A stretch of 64,000 bases of DNA from Auanema rhodensis (Eukaryota; Animalia; Nematoda). The notes under the pieces were generated by a model, which saw only the letters and a list, made by a program, of their open reading frames with translations, searched no databases and was not told where the DNA came from. The position numbers and the translations under genes were made by a program. The stretch spans positions 17,112,001 to 17,176,000 of the forward strand of contig OZ059894.1 in the NCBI GenBank assembly GCA_964057225.1, written 5' to 3'. Positions 24,207-35,996 of the stretch are shown here, in pieces; the stretch's first letter is position 1, and each line of letters starts with the position of its first letter.

Positions 24207-27200
24207 TTACTTGAGCTTGGGTAAACCTAACTTTTTAGCTTCGCTCTCATAAATGAGCAATCGCCACATTTTCACCATGAATACCTCTGCATCATCATCC
24301 AAAATCTAGAACAAATTCAAGTTGAAAAAATTCCCCACAATGAAAAAAACTAACCATAGCAATATCTTTCAATATTACATCTGGGGCTGTTTTCCTGGTG
24401 ATTTTCTCTAAAATGAAGTCGCAAAGTGCTGGTTCTTCCTCTCCTATAATTAGATTTCGTTAGAGGTCAAAAAAAAAGCCAACCTATAAATTCGTTAATT
24501 TTCTTTGAAACCCAAGGTCGCACCCTCTGATCAATCATAGGTTTATCCACAAACGTCCAGTCAATATTAAAGGCGAAAAGATCTTCTGAATAACAAACAT
24601 TTAAAGTTAGAATTTTAAAAATGAATGAAACCTCTGCCTGTAGGTATCCTACTAATAAGGTCTTTAACCATTTTCTTTTTCTCTTCCTCAGTTAACGAAG
24701 CCATTCTATCTTCTTGTGTAATTTCGAATGGCTTTAATCGTTTTCTCTTATAAATGTTAGCATCATCATCTTCATCATCAACGCCTATAGATAAATAGAA
24801 ATAGAATTTATTTAGCATATCAAAAATACCGAATACTCCATTTAATCTTTGTGTGAGATCACGTTTTGGTTGCTGTATAGCTACTGGTGATGAAGCTCCT
24901 AGTTTAACAGGTGCCACAGTATGGGGTGAGTTAGAATTAGCAATATCAACTAAAATCAAAAATACTAAAAAAAAAAGAAAAATAAATTTTTATACCAGTC
25001 CTCCATTTATCCTGTGGGTTCCCAGATTCTCCATTAAGATGATCATCATTACTTTTCTCATCATCATCACTATCACTACTACTGGAACTGCCCCCATCTT
25101 CACCTTGTCCAAGTTTATGATGAGGGTTCGGACTACCACTGTCTGCTCGAAGTCTTCGTAATTCTGCATCTTCCTATACATGCGTGATAAGATAATCAGT
25201 GATTGTTAACAATATATTACCTTTTCTTGATGTCTGCGTCTTGCTTCAGCATCGGCATCTTCGCCGCTTTTGTTTTCAGCAAGAATCTGTCTTTTAAGCT
25301 CTTCAATTTCATTCTGTTCCCGCAATCTGTCTTTGGCATCAGCTTCTCTTTCCTTTTCAAACTCGCGCCTACGTTGGAATAGAGACGAACTCCTTGAATA
25401 GACCAACTTAGAAAAGAATAGAAACTAATCAGCCTACTTGTAATACTTAGGATCGTCTCTTTCGTCATCATAATCCTCTAAGAAAGCTTTCAATTTTTTG
25501 GCTTCTTTCAGAATATTTTTCTTTCTGAATATACAAAATAGAGTGTTGCTTAAACTAAAATATGCAAACCTCTCCTTCTCTCTTCTTTCCTCTTTTTCAT
25601 ATATTTTAGCACGCTCTCTTTCTCTTTTTTCCCAATTTCTGAGTCTGACCATATATGCTGCTTCTTTCTCCTTGATTTGCTTTTTCAATAGCCTTCTCTC
25701 TCTTGCATCGTCGCTATCTTCAGAGTCACGGCTTCTGGACAAAGTAGTCGGTTTAACTTTTCGAAAAAAAAGTGTAACCTGCTAGAACTACGATCCCTTT
25801 TTTTGCGTCTAGGGGAATCTGAACGAGATCTTGAACGTGATGATGAGGATGAACCCGTGCTAGATGAAGATGAGCGCGAAGAGTTTGAAGATGAACGATG
25901 TCTCCGTCTTAATAGAACAAATTTTTAACACGCACCGAATGAAAACAATATACCTTCTTTTAGCGGATCTGCTTCTGCGGTGACGATCACGACTTCTGCT
26001 GCGGGATCTGGAACGTCTACGTCTGCGATCTTCATCCTGAAATTATATCACAAATCAGAAAAGATATACTTTCACGTTTAAAGAACAAATGGTCATCGAG
26101 GACAAGCTAACGATAATAACTAGCCTGTCTCCTTTTGAAAAAATATATCTATATACGTATAAATATATATGAAATCCTGAAACTGTTTAGGTAAAGAAAT
26201 GACATTATACTGCATGCAAATAACGGGGACAACACATTAATTTTTTTTCGTTTTTGAAAAAAAGAGCCCTTATATAGGGAGAGGGTTATGCACAGACAGT
26301 AGACATTTAAATTTGGATACTCACTCGTTCCGTAATTTTCATAAGAAGAGATCACGTCTGAAAGAGAGGGTGGATATATGCTTGTCAAAATTTAAAAACA
26401 GCAACTGGAAAGGTGTGCAACCTGCATGGAAATTGGTATGTACTAGAGCTTCTATTGTAATAAAGTCAACAATCTCTACTGTAAGAAAAAGCTGTGAGGT
26501 GAAAGGTTGATAACCAAGTGCGAAACATAAAAGCATGCAAAAAACACAGGGGCATGGGACGTGCAAAAGAGTATAGGCAAATTAAGAAAAGAGACAGTTA
26601 GAAGCATAAAAGGCAATTAGCTAAAAGTGATTATGAGCACAAATTGAGAAGATCATGTGTCAACCCAGTGAAGAAGCAATTGGTTTTTGCACATACAGGA
26701 CGGCCAGTGAGCACAGATAGTTTATTAGAGATCATTTCTTTGTTAAACATAGGAGAATAAACAACTTACCTTCAACTTTGCGGAAGATTTGCTACCTATA
26801 GAAAGAGATACTATACGTCGAAATAAGGCTAGTATCACATCAAAATCGCTTGCACGCAAATAAAAAATACCCGAGTACTAAACTATGCCTCACCTTTTTC
26901 TTGTCATCCTCCTTTCCTTCTTTCTTTAGTTTGCCATCTTTATCGGATAGTTCACCATCTTAAAAATTAAAAAAACTTATCAGCCAAATTTAAAAAATCT
27001 ATACCTTCTGCCAACATAAGCAGCTCAGGATGATCACTCTCAATCCAGTTAAGAATTTTGAGACGAACCTATAAGACGGCATTATTATGAGAGAAAAGAA
27101 CGGATTAAAAACGTACATCCTCATCCTTTTTCAGATCATCTTCATCGGCGGGAAGTTCTCCTTCTTTAATTTTGAGTGGTGGTTTTCCCAAATCCTTTCT

Positions 27201-27781
27201 GTGTTGAACAGCCCATGTTCGGAGCTCTTCTTTCACTTTATCTTCTGCCTGAAAATTCATTAATAGCAAACTTACTAGAAATTTGAAACCTACTTTAACA
27301 ACTAATTTTTTATCTCCTATTTGGAATTCATTCAAAACCCTTAAAGCCCTTAATGTTCCCTCCGGCGACTCATAATCACAGAATCCGAAGGCTTGATATT
27401 TACCATTAGATCCTTGAATACGTTTCCAGTTTGTAACTGTACCACACTCCTTCAAAGATCTTTAGTAATAAAGTAATTTTATTTATAGAAAACCTGAAGC
27501 ATTTGTTGCATGAACTCATTTGTACACTTCTCAGAAATATTTCCAATAAAAACCGTCGTAACAGGAGTAGATTTAGTAGGAGCTGGAGCTGCTTGCTAAA
27601 AAAAAAAATATTTTGAATCCTGAGATTTTGCGAATACCGCCGATGTTGGAAAAGGGCGAGAAAGTACAGGATTGAAATAAATGGATGGTTGGCTGAATCC
27701 ACCTATAATTAAAAAATTAATACCAAATTAAAAATCATCCTTACCAAATTGGGGAGCGCCAAAACCTGGGCGAAATGCCAT
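24207..27781 (-). CDS. rbm-25: RNA-binding protein 25 / Snu71 homolog (RRM, RS/RE-rich region, C-terminal PWI domain)
   Basis: Starts MAFRPGFGAPQFG. RRM: TTVFIGNISEK...WKRIQGSNGKYQAFGFCDY. RS and ER repeats; AFLEDYDDERDDPKYYK. PWI: RPWVSKKINEFIGEEEPALCDFI...LDDDAEVFMVKMWRLLIYESEAKKLGL. Confidence 0.95.
26770..26795 (-). other. Candidate 26-nt poison cassette exon in rbm-25
   Basis: tctctttctatag|GTAGCAAATCTTCCGCAAAGTTGAAG|gtaagt lies between two phase-0 exons and reads VANLPQS* in frame. Confidence 0.7.
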
Positions 27782-28380
27782 TTATTATAGTGGTTCTTAC
27801 TATTTCCCCCTAAAATATTGTAACAACTTATACAAGAATATTTTAGAAAGAAAAGCATAAGGCTCAAGAAAAAAAATTATTGAATAGAAAAAGCATAAAA
27901 ACAACTTAAGCTGCATGAGAATTCGCTGCATAGGGATGAAGAACGACGCTTAGCATAAGCGCTAGCAAAAGGAAGTCAATAGCGTGAAACGAATTTATTG
28001 ATGTCTGGAGCCGACTCGAGCGTAAACGCCGTACGATTAAGCATAAATATGTTATATAGCACTTTGATTTATAATATTTCTAATGTAATAAATAAAAAAG
28101 GCATAATTTAATATAAATAAAATACATAAGACAAATAAATTAAAAAGCTAATTATTTTGTGTTTTTAATACGAATGTAGTAAAAACAATAGAGCTGTATG
28201 CTGTTTACAAAGAGAATTCGACTACCATGAGTCGCATGGCATGCTTCTGCAACGCGTGCGCGGTTTTACGTTTATTTTAAACCATTGAGCTATCATTTTA
28301 TAATTAGAATGAAGCTTAACGCATATGAAATTTAGAAAAATAGTCAAAAACAACTGTAATAATATCTTTATTTTACAGTT
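27782..28380. promoter_or_regulatory. Bidirectional promoter/outron region between rbm-25 and the zinc-finger gene
   Basis: About 600 bp between divergent ATGs. Trans-splice-type acceptors lie just upstream of each ATG (TTTTAG near 27810 on minus; TTTTACAG ending 28378 on plus). Confidence 0.65.
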
Positions 28381-30751
28381 ATGGATGGAGATGATGAGAA
28401 TGTCCTAAATGAGGATTTAGACGTTGGAGACAATTACAATGTAGAAGTAAAGGTTAGTTAGGTAGTTTCCTCAAATGTTATGAACTCTTTAAGCCTGAAA
28501 TTATGTATCCTTATAAACGACAAAGAAATGTTGGAAGAAGAAATAGATGTCCTTACGGGTGTGGAAAGGTTTTAGCTCCTCGTACTATAGATTATCATCG
28601 AACTAATGGGGTAGTTGGTTATTTATTTAGAGAATAATAAGATTTTTTGTTTTCAGTGCCGAATAGGTGGCGAAGAGCCTTTAGGTGATACCACGAAAAA
28701 ACGTAATTTCTGTTGTGGTGTGTGCTTTTCTGAATTCGTAACTAGAACTGGGTTCTTTCTCCATCTTAAAGTAAGTTCGATTGCTTAATTTTATTCTGAT
28801 TGTCCTCTTATAGAATGAGCATGATGTTCAACCAACTATACATCAGCTAGTTTTCAAAAACAGAACTATGTTTGAGGTATAATGAAGTCGAAACATTAAT
28901 TTAAGTTATTTTCTTAGCGTTTCATGCGTTGGATTGAAATGGAAGGAGGGGCACACTTTCGCTATAAATCAGGCTCGAAACGAAGAGCAAGTGGTCGGGG
29001 TATATTCATGGCATGTAATAGGTAATGTTTACTATTTATTCTTAGGTTAACACATATGGCTCAGGTCTGGCTTTGTTGGCACCAGCTCAGATGATCCTTT
29101 GAAAAATAGAACTGGACCTTATAGAACAGGATACACTTGTACAGCATTTATACATGGTACCGAGCATGCGAATGGGTAGGATCAAGTGTGAAATAGTTCT
29201 ATTCTCTCTTTTCAGTTTGGTAGAGGTGGATGTATGTTGCGACCATTATGGACACGACGCTAGAATGCGATTACCGAACGTGGTTTGTAATAAATGGGAA
29301 TAAGATACACTATAGTTTTATTTTTAGGTAAAGCAGCTAATCGCTCAAAAACAACTTCAAGATGAAAGCCCGCAAGAAATAATTGCTTACTTAAAACGCC
29401 AGTTCGGACCTTTTTCTCATGAAAATATCTATGCACAGCGTGTATGCTTAGTTGATATGGATGAACTAAGGACATTAATGATTTCTACTACAAAGAGGTA
29501 TTGACTAATTTATTAGTTCTGTAACTATCTATCTGATGATTTGATAGATGGGCAGTTACTGGAATTCCAAATGATTGCGAATATTGGGAAGAAGAGTTAT
29601 TGGACAGAGCAGGTATTGTTCGACAAGGTGCCCAGCGATTGCGGCAATCAGGGGAACCCACTACACAGGAGCTAGCTGAGCAAAACGTGTCTTTTTTCAA
29701 ACTTGGTAAATTTTTCATTCATTATTGTTTTAGCACTGGCCACGTCCTAGAATTTTTGTCCCGAAAATGAGGACAGAGAATGGTTTTATTGAATTAAATG
29801 AGCTATGCAAAGCTTCCGCTGAAGCTCGTCGTATTGCTGGTCAAGCTGCAGCTATTCATCCGGTATTTGTTGTTCTAATAATTTGAAATTTAATGAGTGT
29901 CTTAGGAGCTTTATGATTATCCTATAACTGAAGAAACGAAGGCTCCTTTCAATATGCGACGTAGATCAATTGACGGTTTGCGAGGAGAAAATAGTCCAGA
30001 AGGTATTTGTTATAAGTTTCCGCGGTATAAAAGGTATTTGCAGGAGAAAACGAGCAGGATCTCGAAAATATGGAAGCTTTAGTTAGAAATGAGCAAATGG
30101 AATGTACGTTGCTATTGATAGAATGGTGTTTTTGAAACAATTTATTACTTTTGTTTAGCTGAATATAGAGACAAAACATTGTTAAGAAGGCAGTCTCTAA
30201 TGAGCAGCATAGGAAGTGAATTGGAATTCATTGATCGAGTTGCACAGGTCCGTTCTGTTAACGTATGCTTCTTTATTTTTGTTTTTCAGTATGATTTGGA
30301 GAGTTTTTCCGATGGTCATTTGGTTTCTCTTTTAAATCATTTGAGGTCCATAAGGGGTGAAATAAGCACTGTTCTAGATGTACGACACGGAAGCAGTAAG
30401 ATTTTCATATTTCATTTTTCATGCTTTTCATCATCTTTGATTCAGGTTTATCAAATTCTAATAACATGATTGATTATTCGGCTAATCAAAATCCACCTCA
30501 TGTAAATCAACATACGAGTAATGAGCCTTATTCGGATCAAGTTTGTTTTTTCACTGTTAATTTTCCAATATATTAATTGAAGGTGACCATGAATGAGAAA
30601 GTAATCAAAGAAGAAGTTGTTGGCTTCGATGAGGTATAAAAAAAACAATTATTTTCGATCATTGTGATTTTTCTAGGATAGTTTAAATGAAGATGAAGCT
30701 ATAGTTGCTGGTTCAGGATGTTTGGAATTTAATAGAGCTTTGTGGACTTAA
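28381..30751 (+). CDS. C2H2 zinc finger plus WRKY/GCM-like (Mutator-type) zinc-binding domain protein, probable transcription factor
   Basis: Multi-exon ORF MDGDDENVLNEDLDVG...RALWT*. Contains CPYGC..H...C, CGVCFSEFVTRTGFFLHLKNEH, and MACNRSG...GYTCTAFIH...VEVDVCCDHYGH. All introns are short GT-AG with consistent phase. Its position beside mrps-11 and rbm-25 recalls C. elegans W04D2.4. Confidence 0.8.
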
Positions 30752-30969
30752 AATGTTGTGTGATACTCAACTTACACTAGTTCTTTCACGGATTTATTAG
30801 TTTATGTACTTTGCAATGCCGGTATTTTCTGTTAAACAGTGCTGTCTGAATATGATCTCAATTTTTTCCAATGTTTTGTTCTATTTTCCTTTTCTGAGTT
30901 CAGCGGTTAGAACCGTTTATTTATCTCGTATTATTTTTTTATATTTTTTTAATGGAATTTTTTCTGTAG

Positions 30970-31762
30970 ATGTCAGTTGGACGTCTAGCTCTGGAATTTG
31001 GCCGTTTGCTCAGTGTTCAAAGACCTCAGTTTTCTAGGGGTATAGTAACTAGTTCACGGGTTTTTGATAGTATTAGAGATGCCCAAAGACAAGGGACCAA
31101 AGTTCCATCATATCAACAAGTGAGTTTGCTTATGAAAGTTTTTCATTAGTTTATGTCGTAATTTGTAGGAAACTCTAGAGGGAACATCTGGTGCTAATAT
31201 GCGCAGTACTGTGAACCTTAGTGGAATTGATTCTCGATTTCCCACTTCTGAAACTTTAAAGCAAGTACGGTGATAGCTCAATTAATTCTATTCATTACGC
31301 GATTTTAGGAATTCAATGGGATTGTTTACAATGAGCTTCCAATCGTATACATTAAAGCTACAAAAAATAATACTCTAGTCACAGTAACAGATCACAAGAA
31401 TAATATGATCACATACACATCTTGTCGTCTAGAAGGATTCAAAAATGCTCGTAAAAAGACAACTATTGGTTTGGGATAAAAATTAATAAACGTATTCCAA
31501 AACTAAATTTCAGCTGGTCAGACCACAGGAGTTGCTGCTGGGCAAAGATTAGTAAGAAGAGGTATTAGAACTGTTAGAGTTCAGGTAAATGCTCTTTGTA
31601 TGCTAACATTTTCAATATTTCATTTAGGTTAAAGGATTAGGTCCTGGAAGAATGACATGTATTAAAGGATTAACCGTGGCTGGAGTTGAAGTTGTTTCAA
31701 TAACTGATCATACTCCTCTACCTGAACTAGGTCCACGCCCCAGAAAAATTAGAAGAGTGTAA
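30970..31762 (+). CDS. mrps-11: Mitochondrial ribosomal protein S11 (uS11m)
   Basis: Arg-rich presequence MSVGRLALEFGRLL; LPIVYIKATKNNTLVTVTD; SCRLEGFKNARKKTTIAGQ; VRVQVKGLGPGR; SITDHTP...PRPRKIRRV*. The ATG directly follows a TTTCTGTAG acceptor. Confidence 0.95.
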
Positions 31763-31848
31763 CCGTTGCTATGTTTTTCTTAGATTTTCTAGTTGTTTTA
31801 CTGTTACATATTGTTTTGAAATAGTTTTTCTTTATGTTATTAATCATA

Positions 31849-34800
31849 TCAAGGTAAAGTCTTGGAGCTATAATCTTTTTCACATTTTCTTCTTGACAAG
31901 TAATTGATCATCGATTGAAAGGAACGCCGTTCTGCTTTCCTGAATATTATGTATTCTGTGTTTTTCGTAATAGAAGCCGTTACCGTGGTCGATCCGGATC
32001 TTCACAGGATAACGGATGTGATTCTTCACTTGGCTCTTCCGCTTCTTCAACTGTTGAGGGCAATTGTTCAGGTATAAGGGATAATCTGATATTTAATCTT
32101 ATTCATTAACAAGCAATAATATCTTACCGTGATCTAAAATGAACGGAGTTGTTTAGATCAATGTTTTGGCTTAAAGCTATTCTGTCTTCTAACTCCTCAA
32201 GTTCTTCTATCTCGTTCATGTCGTGTATGCTAGGCCGTGAAGGTGGAATTCGTCTTTGTACTAAAAAATATACTATTAATTTTCAACTTTCTCTTACTAC
32301 TTGGCTGTTGCGTGATAGAAGAAGTGAAGGCTGAATCAAAGGATTTAGAAATTACAATCTGAAATTTGTTTTCTTAATTCGCTTGTTCATTAAACACATT
32401 AGAAACCTGACTACATTCACTGTCATCACTAGTAACTGTTGTGCAATTTGAAGATTTGCTTAAACCTGACTCTTCTCTTATTAAATCAGCAAGAACTATA
32501 ATATATATAAATTATATTATTTTGAAGCATTAAGTCTTACTTAAAATGTCTCCATCTTCGGTATCCACCATACGCATAACGTCATCGATAGATAAAGAAC
32601 GTGGTAAAAAGCGATATCTAGAGCTGGTATTAACTATATCAATGTATAACGTAATAAAATCTTACTTTGAATGAGAAACTGCTCTTACTAAACTAGAATT
32701 AGTACTTGTGTGTGAAGGAAATGATAAAACCGTTTGGCACGTTTTGTTTCCTTTGCTTCTATTGGCCATCATAGCTTGTACTGCTTCACGACTGAGCGAA
32801 TGCAGAGAGGATGAAGTCCGAAAAACGCCTGTAAGTAATGAGAAGTAGGTATTTTTTAAATGAAAATGATTTTTCTAAGATACAGCTGCCTCCTTCTCCA
32901 AACTGATTTATAATAAAATTCTTACCAAGACTGCTTCCACGTCGCCGAACTTCAAGATAAGGAACTCCTTTTTGATCAATCGCTCTACCAGCTTCATAAG
33001 TACGCTCGAGTTTAGCCTGCAATCGATATATAAACATATATGTATTTGTTTTTAAAATGTAAAGAAATAACCTGTATCAGGTTAATACACATAGAAACCA
33101 GGGACAGTCCAATGAGGATCAAAAGAAATATGAGAAGAAGATATTTGGGTTGTGTTGGAGTAATATCTCCTAATCCGATTGTGCTGAAATTATAGATTAT
33201 TGTTTCGTATTTCTGCTAATTTTACCTAAGTGATATGAAGAAAAAGTAAAAAGCAACAAAATAATCCCAATCATCCTCCCACAACAACACTGTAGCAGAG
33301 CAAATGAAAATCCAACCCACAACAACAAGTAAGGCAACGGGAATTGGTAGATTGAAGACATCAAGCTCTAAACAAAAGTTATGATTGAAACTGTTGATGC
33401 ATTGAATGAAGAACACCTTTTTTATCCTCTTCATCCAATCGTCTAATCTCTTCCAAAGTTTGCTTTGTACAGTATCGGAAGATACGGCGACATCCTCGCT
33501 TTACCTGCCACCACGGCCAGTTCAGACCTTTCGTAAGTAATTTTCCTGCAACATTAATGAAAAATAAATAAATATTATTTGCAGAATAGTTCTTTTCAAT
33601 ATTCAGTACGCTTCAATCATAGTACTTTAAGAATGACCGTGAAATGGTATATTACCATATTGACATTGGGATGTTATATTATGCTAATTCTGTGTCCTTT
33701 TATGAGCATGGATTCAACAGCATTGTTTCAAGCTTATTTAACACTGCTTTTCCAAACAAGGCCATAAATCAGCCTTATTTATCGATCAATTTCCTTGATC
33801 ATTATTGAATATCCATTTCAACAGTAAACATAAATATGGCACTTTGAACTTTTATGAAGCATGGAGATCAATGCCATAAGCTGAAAAAGCTACCAGTGCT
33901 ATTCACGAACAGGAAATCAATAAGCCTCTTGTGCTCTTCCTAATGATAAATGAGCCTGCAATGCAACTTGGTTATCTCGACGGCTTCCGATCTCATTCTA
34001 TACTTTACAAACGACATTTCGATTTGAATAAAGAGAAAAATGGCTGCAACTCGTCTGCTTGCCGATGTACCAAAGCATTCATTCATATATCTTTCAGTTC
34101 AAATTTTTTTCCTTCATATTTGAATGGGATTTTTGATATTCATTATTTTCTACAGTTTTTTTAGAACAAGCAAAGATCAGCAGCTCACCGAAATCGTCCA
34201 ATATGGATAGAACTAAAGGAATACCAAAAATAGCATAAATCATAGTGAAAACACGTCCAGCTACTGTTGATGGATAGAGATGGCCATATCCAATTGTGGT
34301 GCATATTGTCTGAACCAATAAAGAAATCTTAAACAATAAGAAATGCTAAAAACCTGAGCATAAAGCATGGAATGCCAGAAATCCCAGGGAATTTTTTGAT
34401 CTGTATATTTGATATCTAACTGTCTCTCATATCGCTTCATTTCACTAAGCAGTTTTTTAGTAACCTAAAATAGAACCATGTGAATTATTTCAAAAATATA
34501 TATTACTTGCTCAGTTTGTTCTTGAGTTAAAAAGAACAAATATTCAGTATTATTAAACATTAATGGAATAATATCCTTAACAAATGTAGTTCGGTTTTCA
34601 GCTATTCTGAAATAGATCATCAAATTCAGTTGAGCCACTTAATTTTAATACTTTTGATTCCATATTAGTTCTTTTTCTGTGTCAAACTCAGCTTCACACA
34701 TGTAAAATATTCCAGCACCCAAAAATTGATATAAGACAAGAATTGAAAAAAGCATAACATGTTTAAGACCATAATCATGATAGATCTGAAATAAATTTAA

Positions 34801-35053
34801 GTTTATAGAGATTTCAAAAAAGAGAGTTTTCAACTTTATTCAGCACTGTGACCCATCTTGGCACTTTACGAGCTCTAATATTTCTCTCTACTAGAGTTCC
34901 TACTGTTTGAGCCTATAATAAATTTAAAAATATCAACATTCTTATTATTCTTATTTGGATTTCATTTTCTTAAATATAATCCAATACCTTATTTCGGAAA
35001 GACTGTCGCGCTTTTTCGAGCCGCGACAGATTTGTCGCCGGTGATTTCCTCAT
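31849..35053 (-). CDS. Two-pore-domain (TWK/K2P) potassium channel
   Basis: M1 YGLKHVMLFSILVLYQFLGAGIF; P1 WDFWHSMLYAQTICTTIGYGHLYP; M2 GRVFTMIYAIFGIPL; M3 PIPVALLVVVGWIF; P2 FYFFFISLSTIGLGDITP; M4; long C-terminal tail. Specific twk paralog not assigned. Start MRKSPATNLSR inferred. Confidence 0.92.
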
Positions 35054-35996
35054 TTTAACATTTCATCGTGCTTAAAACAATATAAAATAATATGTCATGT
35101 TCAAATGATTAAAAATAAAAATTGTGATTTTCTGAAAATCAAAAAATCATAAGAACATAGTTAATTAGTCTTGCCGGCAATGAAGAGAAAAATATTGTTT
35201 TATAAGAAAAGAGTTACAGGCGATAATGATATGGACCAGAAAAATAAAACTGACGTTTGCAATTTCTTGTTTACTTCAGCTCTTGTTCCTTTAAACTGCC
35301 TTTCCTTCTGGTGCTCGAATCTCTAGCCACTAGGGAATAAGGATTGCATCTGCCCTTTTGGCCTTTTTATCTCCATCTTCAGTCTCGTCCTGCTCTCTCT
35401 TTCTCGGCTTGTCTTCATGTCCACTTCTTATTCCATTATATACTATCTTTTGTCCCTTTCACATCTATCATAATTTCGGTTGTCTATAGTTCTATAAACT
35501 AAATCTTAACGTCCTCGGCTTTCTTTCAGATGCTGAAAGCGTTCGCATTCTAAGAAAGTCGGATGGTAGCAATATGTTTACTAGTGTTCAAAGAAATTTG
35601 TGAACACAGCACTAGATTATCAATAAACTTTGATTAAACTGTATTTCTTAATTTGAATTAAATATCAAGCTTTAAGAACATAAGAAAAAATATTTATTAC
35701 CAGTCACAATGTTGGCGACCCGAATCATTAATCTAGGATAAATGTATATAGGTACTGTATAACAATAATAATATAAATATATGAATGTATATATAAATAT
35801 ATATATTAACACATGATAAATACAATATATAAAGAAAACATTGTAAAATGGAGCTCACATAAAGCTGCAGAAGGCGATAAGCAACATCATTCTGATATCA
35901 AAGGCACATGGATTTGATAATGGCAATTACTTATATGCTCATAGAGCAGTTTGTTTAGTAATTTTATATTTAAATTAGATTTTGAATTATTCATAA

